A stretch of DNA of 64,000 nucleotides from the NCBI RefSeq assembly GCF_001677475.2, contig NZ_CP015229.1. One strand, written 5' to 3'. The DNA comes from Escherichia coli (GTDB lineage Bacteria; Pseudomonadota; Gammaproteobacteria; Enterobacterales; Enterobacteriaceae). Position 1 is the first letter of the stretch. Each line of letters starts with the position of its first letter. Below the pieces are notes generated by a model. The model had not been told where the DNA came from. It did no database searches and saw nothing but the letters and a program-made list of their open reading frames with translations. The translations under genes and the position numbers were made by a program. Shown piece by piece: positions 1 through 8,654 of the stretch.

Positions 1-1
1 C

Positions 2-280
2 CGTGAATATCGCCGCCGCCAGAAACAACTGAAATCTGCAACTAAAGCAGCCATTAAGGCGCAGAAACAAATGGACGCGCTGGAAGTTGCTGAACTGCTG
101 CCGCAGATAGCCGAACCAGCAGCACCAGAATCAAGGGTTGTTGGTATTTTCCGGCCTGTGGGTAACACAGTACGGGTTAAATATCGCACCCCCGATGATA
201 AATACGAACCCGCTCGTGATGAATATCTGAATCAGTCACTGGATATTCTGGAACAGAAAAGACGTAAAAAAGCCATTTAA
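2..280 (+). CDS. A: Mu-type DDE transposase A, C-terminal fragment (5' end upstream of window)
   Basis: Frame open from window edge to stop at 278-280; C-terminus ...LDILEQKRRKKAI matches the MuA tail as recalled; B-like gene follows. Confidence 0.75.
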   Translation, partial: REYRRRQKQLKSATKAAIKAQKQMDALEVAELLPQIAEPAAPESRVVGIFRPVGNTVRVKYRTPDDKYEPARDEYLNQSLDILEQKRRKKAI

Positions 281-318
281 TTAACGTTTAAACAAAATTT
301 AATTACGAGGTTATTTAG

Positions 319-1278
319 ATGAATATTTCCGATATTCGCGCAGGACTGCGCACGCTTGTAGACAATGGAGAAACCACGCTGACACGCATCGCCAGTGAAT
401 CAGGCGTGGCCCTGAGCACAGTCAGTGGTTTTGTGAATGATAAATATAACGGCAACATGGAATCAGTCGGGCGCACACTGGAACGCTGGCTGGAAAACTA
501 TCACCGCGCAGAAGAACTGCCGGAACCCCCGCGTTTTGTGGAAACTGCAACAGCCCGTCAAATCTGGACAAGTATGCGTTTTGCTAATCTGACCGGAACC
601 ATTGCTGTTATCTGTGGCAATCCAGGAGTGGGTAAAAGCGAAGCAGCCCGTGAATTTTGTCGCACTAATAATAATGTCTGGATGATCACCATCGCGCCAT
701 CCCGTGCCAGTACGCTGGAATGTCTGACTGAACTTGCCGAAGAGTTGGGAATGAATAATGCACCCTGTCGCAAAGGGCCGCTTTCCCGTAATCTGCGTCG
801 CCGCCTGAAAGGGACGCAGGGACTGGTCATTGTTGACGAAGCTGATCACCTTGACACCGAAGCGCTGGAAGAGCTCCGTCTGTTACAGGAGTCCGCCTGT
901 ATTGGTCTGGTTCTGATGGGGAATCACCGTGTTTATTCAAATATGACCGCTAATGGCGACAGAACAATTGAGTTTGCCCGTCTGTTTTCCCGTATTGCAA
1001 AGCGCACAGCAATTAATAAAACCAAAGAAGACGATGTAAACGCAATTGCGGATGCCTGGCAGATTACCGGGAAAAATGAACGGGAATTATTACAGCAGAT
1101 TGCACAAACGCCTGGTGCGCTCCGCATTATGAATCAAACGCTGCGCCTTGCTGTTATGAATGCCTTCGGTAAAGGCGAACGTGTTAATGAGGATTATCTG
1201 CGTGAGGCTTACAAAGAGTTAGACCAGGACGTTGATGTTTCGATGCTGCTGGGTGTGCAAGGGGATGCTGAATCATGA
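319..1278 (+). CDS. B: Mu B-like ATP-dependent target-DNA activator
   Basis: 319 aa; GAGG RBS; Walker A GNPGVGKS and VIVDEADHL; N-terminus [14 protein letters not shown] as in Mu B. Confidence 0.9.
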   Translation: MNISDIRAGLRTLVDNGETTLTRIASESGVALSTVSGFVNDKYNGNMESVGRTLERWLENYHRAEELPEPPRFVETATARQIWTSMRFANLTGTIAVICGNPGVGKSEAAREFCRTNNNVWMITIAPSRASTLECLTELAEELGMNNAPCRKGPLSRNLRRRLKGTQGLVIVDEADHLDTEALEELRLLQESACIGLVLMGNHRVYSNMTANGDRTIEFARLFSRIAKRTAINKTKEDDVNAIADAWQITGKNERELLQQIAQTPGALRIMNQTLRLAVMNAFGKGERVNEDYLREAYKELDQDVDVSMLLGVQGDAES

Positions 1279-1502
1279 TGTCACGGAATATCAAAATGGC
1301 AACGGAAGTAAAGAGCTGGTTACAGGAGCGCGGCAGCCACGTCAACGAATCCTGGCTGGGCGTGGCCCGCCCGGTGCTTGAAATCACCTGCCCACCACCG
1401 GAGCTTGTCAGGAATGCTGTCAGGATTATGGAGCGTAAATCAGGGGTTGCCCGTTCAGTCTGGACGGCCCGCCTTAATGGTTGCCAGATTATCTGGCGTT
1501 AA
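1275..1502 (+). CDS. small early protein at the kil position (Kil-like by position only)
   Basis: 75 aa ORF; ATG overlaps B stop (ATGATG); position equals Mu kil. Confidence 0.45.
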   Translation: MMSRNIKMATEVKSWLQERGSHVNESWLGVARPVLEITCPPPELVRNAVRIMERKSGVARSVWTARLNGCQIIWR

Positions 1503-1534
1503 TAACGGCTTATTTATTTGTGAGGAATAACAAA

Positions 1535-1804
1535 ATGGCAAAAGTAATCTTTGAATTTAACCGCATGGAAGATGTTGAGTTTCAGAAAAAAGGAGGTTTC
1601 TTTGTAGGAATGAGTGTGCAACTGGAAGAACAGTCTCCTAAGGAGCAAACCGGACCGCATGACGTGATGGCAGTCATTATCAAGAGCATGGCTCCTGAAA
1701 TTATTGAAAAAGCAACCCAGGAGTTGTTGAAGTCAGCCAGAGAACTTGGGCTGGAAGCCGAAGGCGAGTTATTCCGGTATAACCCGGATGCAGCTAAATA
1801 TTAA
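1535..1804 (+). CDS. hypothetical early-region protein
   Basis: 89 aa from ATG 1535 with GAGGAA RBS. Confidence 0.55.
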   Translation: MAKVIFEFNRMEDVEFQKKGGFFVGMSVQLEEQSPKEQTGPHDVMAVIIKSMAPEIIEKATQELLKSARELGLEAEGELFRYNPDAAKY

Positions 1805-1824
1805 TTCGCAAAGGAACGCTGACA

Positions 1825-2244
1825 ATGAAAGCCAAAATCAGAAACGAAATTCAGGCATTAATTCGGATTAAAGAGCGTAATAGCAATGGTGGAGACTTGC
1901 GCGAATTTATTTGCGCGCGCGAAGTTGAGGGATATGGCGAAAAGACTTACCTGATTGCATTCGACCATTACAGCATTTGTGCGCGTTATTGCGGGGAGGC
2001 GGTATTCCGCGCCATTACGTTTGGCAATGCCTTCAATGTGGATTTATGGGAATACGTCATGGACCGCGAATACATCAGCGCGTCAGACCCGGACGCACGG
2101 GAGCAGTGGAAGAACATCTGGCGCGATTACCGGCAAATGGCGAAAGGCTGGACGCAGGGGACGTATTCTTCCCTTGCCCTGAAAGCGGTTCAGCTATCTG
2201 TGCGGCATATGCTGTCGGCACGATTCGAACTCCCGGTGCACTGA
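1825..2244 (+). CDS. hypothetical early-region protein
   Basis: 139 aa; AAAGGAA RBS before ATG 1825. Confidence 0.55.
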   Translation: MKAKIRNEIQALIRIKERNSNGGDLREFICAREVEGYGEKTYLIAFDHYSICARYCGEAVFRAITFGNAFNVDLWEYVMDREYISASDPDAREQWKNIWRDYRQMAKGWTQGTYSSLALKAVQLSVRHMLSARFELPVH

Positions 2245-2260
2245 TAAGGAGGGCATCATC

Positions 2261-2548
2261 ATGATAATCCCTCGCAAAAGATGGTCACGTGAAGACCGGG
2301 AATTTATCGAAGCCAGTGTCGGGAAAATGACAGTTGAAGAAATGGCGAAAAAACTGAACGTTGCCACAAGCGCCCTGCGGGCACATGCCAGAAGGTACGG
2401 AATATCGTTGTGTGTATACAAAATCAGTGAGCACGACAAATATTTGTGTCGAGAACTTTATAAAGAAGGGGTGGCTATTCATGTCATTGCCCAAAAGATG
2501 GAATTAAGCAATCGGGCTGTATCCAGCGTTGTATACAGTGAATATTAA
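2261..2548 (+). CDS. hypothetical early-region protein, possible HTH
   Basis: 95 aa; strong AAGGAGG RBS. Confidence 0.55.
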   Translation: MIIPRKRWSREDREFIEASVGKMTVEEMAKKLNVATSALRAHARRYGISLCVYKISEHDKYLCRELYKEGVAIHVIAQKMELSNRAVSSVVYSEY

Positions 2549-2568
2549 TTAACAGGAGCTTTATTTAT

Positions 2569-3093
2569 ATGGCTAAACCAGCAAAACGAATCAGGAATGC
2601 CGCAGCAGCTTATGTTCCTCAATCCCGCGATGCCGTGGTGTGTGATATTCGCTGGATTGGTGACCTGCAACGCGAAGCGGTACGACTTGAAACGGAAATG
2701 AATGACGCTATTGCTGAAATTACGGAGAAATACGCCTCACGGATTGCGCCGCTTAAAACCCGTATTGAAACCCTTTCAAAAGGCGTTCAGGGGTGGTGTG
2801 AAGCGAACCGTGACGAACTGACGAACGGCGGCAAGGTGAAGACGGCCAACCTGGTAACCGGTGATGTGTCATGGCGTCAGCGCCCACCATCAGTAAGTAT
2901 TCGCGGTGTGGATGCGGTGATGGAAACGCTGGAGCGTCTTGGCCTGCAACGCTTTATTCGCACGAAACAGGAAATCAACAAGGAAGCGATTTTACTGGAA
3001 CCGAAAGCGGTCGCAGGTGTTGCCGGAATTACAGTTAAATCAGGCATTGAAGATTTTTCTATTATTCCGTTTGAACAGGAAGCCGGTATTTAA
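2569..3093 (+). CDS. gam: Gam host-nuclease inhibitor (DNA end-binding)
   Basis: 174 aa, same length as Mu Gam; MAKPAKRI...IIPFEQEAGI closely matches Mu Gam as recalled. Confidence 0.9.
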   Translation: MAKPAKRIRNAAAAYVPQSRDAVVCDIRWIGDLQREAVRLETEMNDAIAEITEKYASRIAPLKTRIETLSKGVQGWCEANRDELTNGGKVKTANLVTGDVSWRQRPPSVSIRGVDAVMETLERLGLQRFIRTKQEINKEAILLEPKAVAGVAGITVKSGIEDFSIIPFEQEAGI

Positions 3094-3191
3094 TACCACC
3101 ACGAATATTTAATTAGTTCACTTTCTTTTAATTATGGCGCGATGCGTCAGGGGATTGCTCGCGCCTGAATCTGATATACGGGATATAAAAA

Positions 3192-3734
3192 ATGATTAAT
3201 ACAAAAGTTCTGAGCGGCGTCAGCACATTATTACAGGTTTACGGGCGTCTGACCTGCGGCGTACTGGCTGAAAAAATGAAGATGCCACCTTCCTCAATGG
3301 TGTATTTCCTGCGTGATGCGGTTGATGCCGGAGTTCTCACTGAATGCAACGGATTTTATGACGTTCCGCGCCCTCGTCCGACGCCGCCAGTAATACGAAA
3401 CGCAACAACGGAGCACCCCGATGTTGATGATGCTCAATGGTGCGCGTTCCGCCGCTCTTTGCCCTGGCTGGAAGGCAATGCCATTCCGGCACTGGCAAAA
3501 GAATTTGCGACAGGCGTACTGACCTGCGAGTCGGTTTACATCGTTGCTGAAGTGGATGACGATATGTGCAAACAGGGAATGCCCCGTTTTGTGATGGCTT
3601 ATATCGATATCCGGCTGGGTCGTTTTATTTGTGGCTCCAGTGGCTGGAATATCACCGACCACATCCTGCGCTATCTCATTCTTGATTATTCACCAGCTCC
3701 GGCAGCAACACAGGAAGTCAGTGAACATGATTAA
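3192..3734 (+). CDS. hypothetical early-region protein
   Basis: 180 aa ORF; weak RBS. Confidence 0.5.
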   Translation: MINTKVLSGVSTLLQVYGRLTCGVLAEKMKMPPSSMVYFLRDAVDAGVLTECNGFYDVPRPRPTPPVIRNATTEHPDVDDAQWCAFRRSLPWLEGNAIPALAKEFATGVLTCESVYIVAEVDDDMCKQGMPRFVMAYIDIRLGRFICGSSGWNITDHILRYLILDYSPAPAATQEVSEHD

Positions 3735-3909
3735 GTCAACTGGCTTTGTCCTGCTGGTTGGCACCTGCGGGAATGATGCCTGCGATGCCATTCCGGTAAC
3801 GGAAAAAATCTGGCCCACAGAGCAGGCATGTATGCAGGTGATGGAGCGCATACAAAAACGTTATCCCAGTGAAATCTTTTATTGCGAAGAGGTATTACGA
3901 AATGAATAA
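3727..3909 (+). CDS. small hypothetical protein
   Basis: 60 aa from ATG 3727, overlapping previous stop. Confidence 0.4.
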   Translation: MIKSTGFVLLVGTCGNDACDAIPVTEKIWPTEQACMQVMERIQKRYPSEIFYCEEVLRNE

Positions 3910-4228
3910 ACCAGAGAATAAAGAAATGAAATTCACACCAGTTGATATTGATGGCGTCATGGCTAATTTAAAGATGCTGGAACGTATGCACGATATCGTT
4001 AAATATGGTATTGAGCATGACCTCACCGCCAGAGAAGTCCGGAGCATTATTAACCGTGAAATGAACCAGGTGGAAGCTGCCGTGGCGCTACAAAATGAAG
4101 CAGCCCGCGAGGAATACATTCGTCGCAGGCTGGGACTATCAAATAAAGATATTCTTACGGATGCTCAGATGGCTGAGGCTTTTGATATTCATCAGAATCT
4201 TGGTCTAACAAACGGATGGTATCAGTGA
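3902..4228 (+). CDS. hypothetical early-region protein
   Basis: 108 aa from ATG 3902 with GAGG RBS. Confidence 0.5.
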   Translation: MNKPENKEMKFTPVDIDGVMANLKMLERMHDIVKYGIEHDLTAREVRSIINREMNQVEAAVALQNEAAREEYIRRRLGLSNKDILTDAQMAEAFDIHQNLGLTNGWYQ

Positions 4229-4421
4229 TTAGCTGTGATATTTGCAGAATGGGATTATTCGTTGTTCTCAATGCCGGAGCCTCTGCCGCTCCGCTTGCTG
4301 CGGCTTCGAGGATCGTTTTGCCTTCCTCTGCGGTAATCAGCCCCTTTCTGACAAGGAGTATCAGCAACCTTGAAGCAATGACATACCCTGCAACATCATA
4401 AGGCTGTTCACTGTTTTTCAT
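4155..4421 (-). CDS. small convergent ORF in early region (88 aa), unknown function
   Basis: Minus-strand ATG at 4421 with AGGA RBS about 9 nt upstream; opposite to all surrounding Mu genes; overlaps 3' end of 3902..4228. Confidence 0.4.
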   Translation of the reverse strand: MKNSEQPYDVAGYVIASRLLILLVRKGLITAEEGKTILEAAASGAAEAPALRTTNNPILQISQLITDTIRLLDQDSDEYQKPQPSEHP

Positions 4422-4494
4422 AAAAAGTTTCCTCTGTTTAGTGAGTGGATTCTGGCGGTGTTGCCGCACCGCCCCCTTTTCTGGAGGTACGATA

Positions 4495-5046
4495 ATGAAT
4501 CGCACATCCCTGATTAAATTAATTCATGTCGCCCGTCGTGATCTACAACTCGACGATGACACTTACCGCGCCTTTCTGGTGCAGTGCACAGGCAAGACCA
4601 GCTGCCGCGAGCTGTCCGTTGCACAACTGGAACGTGTGCTCGATGCCATGAAAGAGTGCGGTTTTAAAAAGCAGAAAAAACATCCCCGCCGTCGCTTTAA
4701 GGGGCATGTCACACCGCGCGAGAAGATTTATAAAATCTGGCAGCAGATGTTTCAGGATGGCTTTATCGCTGATGGCAGCGATGTCGCGCTGGACAAATAC
4801 GTTGCACGCCTGACGGCCAGACGTAATGGCGGTCAGGGGGTTTCCACGCTGGCCTGGTGTCACGGGGAATCGTTGCAGGTTGTGCTCGAAACGCTCAAGC
4901 AGTGGCACATGCGCTGCATCCGGGAAGCCTTTGCCCGACATGGTGTGCCGTTACCTGCAAGCCCATCCGGGCGGGAACTACGCGGATATGATGCACTGAC
5001 CAGTGCATATGCCCGCGCACGAAACAGCGGGAGAATTGCTGTATGA
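4495..5046 (+). CDS. gemA: GemA-like protein (Mu gp16 family)
   Basis: 183 aa; GGAGG RBS; position before mor. Confidence 0.75.
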   Translation: MNRTSLIKLIHVARRDLQLDDDTYRAFLVQCTGKTSCRELSVAQLERVLDAMKECGFKKQKKHPRRRFKGHVTPREKIYKIWQQMFQDGFIADGSDVALDKYVARLTARRNGGQGVSTLAWCHGESLQVVLETLKQWHMRCIREAFARHGVPLPASPSGRELRGYDALTSAYARARNSGRIAV

Positions 5047-5492
5047 AACAGATGAAAGAGCAGGATTTATTCGAAGACCTTCGGGACGACAGCGTTCTGG
5101 AATATCTTCATGATTACCAGGAAAACACCGCTTATCCGGCGTTACTTTCTGAACTGAACGCACTGCTGCGTAAAGAGCTGGCCCGGATTGGCGCAGACCC
5201 TGCTCATTCCCTTGAGCTGGTTGTGGCGATTTGTCGCCATATCGGCGGGATGCAGGTTTATGTTCCGAGGGGGAATATTCTGGAGAATCTTGTCCGGGAT
5301 ATGCGTATCTGGCGTGATTTTAACGGTCATAATATTCCTGAACTGGTTCAGCGTTACGGGGTGACGTATAAAACCGTCTACAAGGCCATCAAACGGATGC
5401 GACGTCTGGAGCGCAATAAATACCAGCCGGATTTGTTTTACCCCTCCCCGAACCTGCCTCACCCCGTTCGTCGTCCACCACGACGCCCTTAA
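5043..5492 (+). CDS. mor: Mor-like middle operon regulator
   Basis: 149 aa; ATG overlaps gemA stop; ...GGMQVYVPRG...YGVTYKTVYKAIKRMRRL resembles Mu Mor with longer C-terminus. Confidence 0.8.
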   Translation: MKQMKEQDLFEDLRDDSVLEYLHDYQENTAYPALLSELNALLRKELARIGADPAHSLELVVAICRHIGGMQVYVPRGNILENLVRDMRIWRDFNGHNIPELVQRYGVTYKTVYKAIKRMRRLERNKYQPDLFYPSPNLPHPVRRPPRRP

Positions 5493-5498
5493 TCAATG

Positions 5499-5522
5499 AA
5501 GCCGGTAAATCCGGCTTTTTTT
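5499..5522 (+). terminator. rho-independent terminator-like hairpin (AAGCCGG-TAAAT-CCGGCTT plus T7)
   Basis: 7-bp stem, 5-nt loop, run of 7 T; 7 nt after mor stop; identical copy at 13234-13257. Confidence 0.55.
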
Positions 5523-5577
5523 ATGCCTCCGGCACCATGAAGCAGACCACGTTTAAATCTGCTTCACAGGTGCTTTT

Positions 5578-6174
5578 ATGGAAAATCAAAAATTCTCCCC
5601 GGCCTTTGAACATGCGCTGAATTTCATTCTGCGTCCCGATATCGAAGGCGTCTATGCCAATGACCCCACTGACCGTGGCGGTGAAACCAAATACGGCATT
5701 TCTGACCGCCGCGACGGTGTGACTGACGGCAAAACCGATGTCAACGGCGACGGCAAACCGGATACCCGCATCAGGGATTTAACCCGCGAACAGGTTGCTC
5801 AGATTTACTGGCGCGATTACTGGCTGCCTGCCGGATGTGACCAGTGGCCTGATGGCGTGGCGATGTTTGTGTTCGATGCGGCGGTTCAGCATGGCGTTAA
5901 AAAAGCTATCAGGATTTTGCAGGAAGCCGCGGATGTGGATGCTGACGGCATCATCGGCCCCCGTACCCGTAAGGCCGTGAGCCTGTCCACCCCGGACTGG
6001 CTGCTGGCCCGCTGCATTGTCCGTCGTTCCCGCTTTTATGCCGACATCATCAAGTCCAAACCCGCCCAGGGCAAATACCTGAACGGCTGGTTTAACCGCA
6101 TGGAAAAGCTGACCGACGCCTGTCTGGAAATCATCGATACCCCTCCAGGCATCATGTCCGCCACGCGGGGGTGA
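5578..6174 (+). CDS. endolysin, GH108-like N-terminal domain plus peptidoglycan-binding domain
   Basis: 198 aa; motif EGVYANDPTDRGGETKYGIS typical of GH108 muramidases. Confidence 0.8.
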   Translation: MENQKFSPAFEHALNFILRPDIEGVYANDPTDRGGETKYGISDRRDGVTDGKTDVNGDGKPDTRIRDLTREQVAQIYWRDYWLPAGCDQWPDGVAMFVFDAAVQHGVKKAIRILQEAADVDADGIIGPRTRKAVSLSTPDWLLARCIVRRSRFYADIIKSKPAQGKYLNGWFNRMEKLTDACLEIIDTPPGIMSATRG

Positions 6175-6175
6175 T

Positions 6176-6427
6176 ATGGGCAAAGGCTGGGATGCCTCTC
6201 TGAAAGCCGGGCGGCGCGACCGCCTGCGTCAGGAGGTTCTGCACCGCATGGCCGGAGGTCCGCCCCCGAAACCGCTGGACTATACCGGCCATGACGGCAC
6301 ACACGCCAGCTACTACATGCGTGGCTGGAACTCCGTGGATACACGGGACATTTTCTGGCAGTGCCAGAAGTACAGGGAAAAATTCAATGTGGAAAAAGGT
6401 TATGAACAAAATTTTAAAACTGTGTGA
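6176..6427 (+). CDS. hypothetical protein in lysis region
   Basis: 83 aa; ATG 2 nt after endolysin stop. Confidence 0.45.
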   Translation: MGKGWDASLKAGRRDRLRQEVLHRMAGGPPPKPLDYTGHDGTHASYYMRGWNSVDTRDIFWQCQKYREKFNVEKGYEQNFKTV

Positions 6428-6812
6428 CTGGCTGATTTGTTCCCGACTGATGAGAACCCCATGGCCGCTGGCCGGACTGACGCTCTGTATGTTCATCATC
6501 AGCATGTTATGTGGCTGGCGATCGTTCGTGTTGATGTTGTTGTCCTTTGCCGGGGTGGTGTTGTTTTCATACAGCGCAAGCCTCGGGAATGTGCCATTTC
6601 GCCTGCTGCCTGAGGTCCGTTACCGGGCTTTTGGTCGCCACATCATCGTGTGGTCATGGGTGGTCTGGGCGCTGGGATATTTCTGCTGCGTCTTCAGCAC
6701 GCTGATGATGATGTCACCGGCACACCCGGTGTTCTGGCTGTGTGGTGGCGGTTGCGGCGCTCTGCTCTGTCTTCAGCGTTATCTGTATGGAGGTTTCCCG
6801 TGGATCCGTTAA
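6387..6812 (+). CDS. multi-pass membrane protein, possible holin-like
   Basis: 141 aa, several hydrophobic segments, Cys-rich; next to endolysin. Confidence 0.45.
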   Translation: MWKKVMNKILKLCDWLICSRLMRTPWPLAGLTLCMFIISMLCGWRSFVLMLLSFAGVVLFSYSASLGNVPFRLLPEVRYRAFGRHIIVWSWVVWALGYFCCVFSTLMMMSPAHPVFWLCGGGCGALLCLQRYLYGGFPWIR

Positions 6813-7408
6813 CCCTTTCAGGCATCGCCTCCGTTCTGCTGAAAGCCGGGCCGGGGCTGATTCGTTCCGTCGGGCGCTGGTTTGGTGGCGGTACATCTGC
6901 CGCCGCTGACTCGGTGGCCGGTATGGTGGAAAGCGTCCGGGAAAGCCTGCCGGTGGCTGAACAGCAGCGCGTTCTGGAACAGAAGATGGCGATGTTACCA
7001 CCGGAACAACAGATACAACTGGAAACCCTGAAAATTCAGCTGCAACAACTGGAGGTGGAGCGGCAGAAGCTGGTGCTGGCTGACCAGCAGGCCGCACACC
7101 ACGAACAGCAGGAAACCATCCGCAATGGTGACAACGCCACGGACAGCTATGTGCGCCAGACGCGCCCGCTGCTGGCCCGCCTTTCCTGTTACAGCGGTCT
7201 GGCCTATGTGCTGTTGCTCTCCTGCGGCCAGATTGCCGGAGCCGTTGCCGGTGCCAGAGGTATCACGCTGCATATGCCAACACCGGACTGGGATATCACG
7301 CTGATGTTGCTTACCCCTGCGCTGGGCTATCTCGGCGTGCGAACCCTTGACGGCTTTGCCCGTTACAGCAAATCAAGCCGTCACAAAATGTCTGCGGGGC
7401 TGAAATGA
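6800..7408 (+). CDS. coiled-coil membrane protein (lysis or morphogenesis associated)
   Basis: GTG 6800 after GGAGG RBS; coiled coil QQIQLETLKIQLQQLEVERQKL and C-terminal hydrophobic segments; start uncertain. Confidence 0.45.
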   Translation: MDPLTLSGIASVLLKAGPGLIRSVGRWFGGGTSAAADSVAGMVESVRESLPVAEQQRVLEQKMAMLPPEQQIQLETLKIQLQQLEVERQKLVLADQQAAHHEQQETIRNGDNATDSYVRQTRPLLARLSCYSGLAYVLLLSCGQIAGAVAGARGITLHMPTPDWDITLMLLTPALGYLGVRTLDGFARYSKSSRHKMSAGLK

Positions 7409-7632
7409 CCGATGAAATCGACCGCATCAGTGAAGTGGTTCTGAACGAGCGTCAGTGCGTCGTTAAAGCCTGGCAGACGCGGACAAAAGAAGCGCCCCAC
7501 AGTCGGGGCTTCTGCAATGACTGCGGGAACGTTATTCCGGCACAGCGCCTTGCGGCGCTGCCGGATGTGGTGACCTGTATTGACTGCCAGCAGATGCGTG
7601 AGCGCAGGAGGAAGACATGTCCTGGGAAGTGA
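7405..7632 (+). CDS. TraR/DksA-family C4 zinc-finger protein
   Basis: 75 aa; CNDCGN...(17 aa)...CIDCQ. Confidence 0.75.
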   Translation: MTDEIDRISEVVLNERQCVVKAWQTRTKEAPHSRGFCNDCGNVIPAQRLAALPDVVTCIDCQQMRERRRKTCPGK

Positions 7633-7922
7633 TCCGGGCCAACTGGCCCATTTTATGGGCGCTGTTGATGACAGCGATAAATTTGCTTCAGCTGATTCTG
7701 GCAAAGACTTACGTCAAACGCGAAGAGTTTGATTCGCTGCGTTCCCGTGTGTCGGTGATGGAAGGTCTGGTGAATCAGCTCCCCGACCGCAATGAATTTC
7801 ACCGCCTGCAACTGGATATCAGCAACCTGCGGGGCGAAATCCGGGAACTGGGGCCATCCATACGCCAGGTTTCCCGCATCAGTGATTTGTTATTAGAGAA
7901 CGAGTTAAAGGTAAAAAATTAA
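7617..7922 (+). CDS. membrane-anchored coiled-coil protein (DUF2730-like)
   Basis: 101 aa; GGAGG RBS; N-terminal TM then heptad-rich region. Confidence 0.55.
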   Translation: MSWEVIRANWPILWALLMTAINLLQLILAKTYVKREEFDSLRSRVSVMEGLVNQLPDRNEFHRLQLDISNLRGEIRELGPSIRQVSRISDLLLENELKVKN

Positions 7923-8215
7923 TGGCGATGAAAGAGATCCTCACTGAAGACCGTCGTCTGGTGTTGCTGCGTTCCCTGCTGGACTGTGGCGACAGCGCGA
8001 ATGAATCCGTGTTGCAGACCTGCCTTCAGGCTTATGGTCATAAGGTATCCCGTGATGTGGTGCGCACCCAGCTTGCATGGCTTCGCGAGCAGGGGTTGGT
8101 TCGTCTGTCTGATGTGGGCGGCTGTTACGTGGCTGAAATCACCGGCAGCGGCGAGGATGTGGCAAACGGCCTGTCCAGCGTTCCGGGCGTTAAAAAACCC
8201 CGTGCGAGGGGCTGA
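7922..8215 (+). CDS. hypothetical protein, possible winged-helix regulator
   Basis: 97 aa; ATG at previous stop. Confidence 0.5.
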   Translation: MAMKEILTEDRRLVLLRSLLDCGDSANESVLQTCLQAYGHKVSRDVVRTQLAWLREQGLVRLSDVGGCYVAEITGSGEDVANGLSSVPGVKKPRARG

Positions 8216-8217
8216 GC

Positions 8218-8517
8218 ATGGCCCGAAAACTGAAGCCGTTAAGTCGCGGAGAACGGGCCGTCGTGCGGCAACTGGCGTACTGCCTTGTGCTGGCAGATAT
8301 TGAGCAAAACGCCATTGTCCGTGCATACGAACAACAGACCGGAAAGCCCTGGAGCCCGGATGCACCGGACAGCCCCATGAAACGCTTTCTGCGGTCATCA
8401 CCGGCATGTGCGCGGCTGTGGAAGCTGCTGGGTAAGGATATCCGGTCCGTTCGCGAAGAAATATACGCCGGTCTGAAAACACCGGGAACTGAAGACGGGG
8501 GCCGTCGTGAACCGTAA
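8218..8517 (+). CDS. hypothetical protein
   Basis: 99 aa; GAGGGG RBS. Confidence 0.5.
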   Translation: MARKLKPLSRGERAVVRQLAYCLVLADIEQNAIVRAYEQQTGKPWSPDAPDSPMKRFLRSSPACARLWKLLGKDIRSVREEIYAGLKTPGTEDGGRREP

Positions 8518-8654
8518 AAAGAATCCGATAAGTAAAGCGTCCCGTGATGAACTCCGCCGTCTGGCGCACAACCTGACATGGCGGGAAATCCAGAGCGGCG
8601 CGCTGAAATCTGCATACGAAAGTTTACAGCGTAGTGAGCAACAGGAGGGCAAAC

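Noticed and set aside
463-1127. Minus-strand ORFs inside the B gene
   Set aside because: Antisense to a confidently identified gene, no RBS, non-protein-like composition
5493-5577. A C (late activator) gene between mor and the endolysin
   Set aside because: The 85-bp gap holds only a hairpin and the endolysin RBS; no ORF fits
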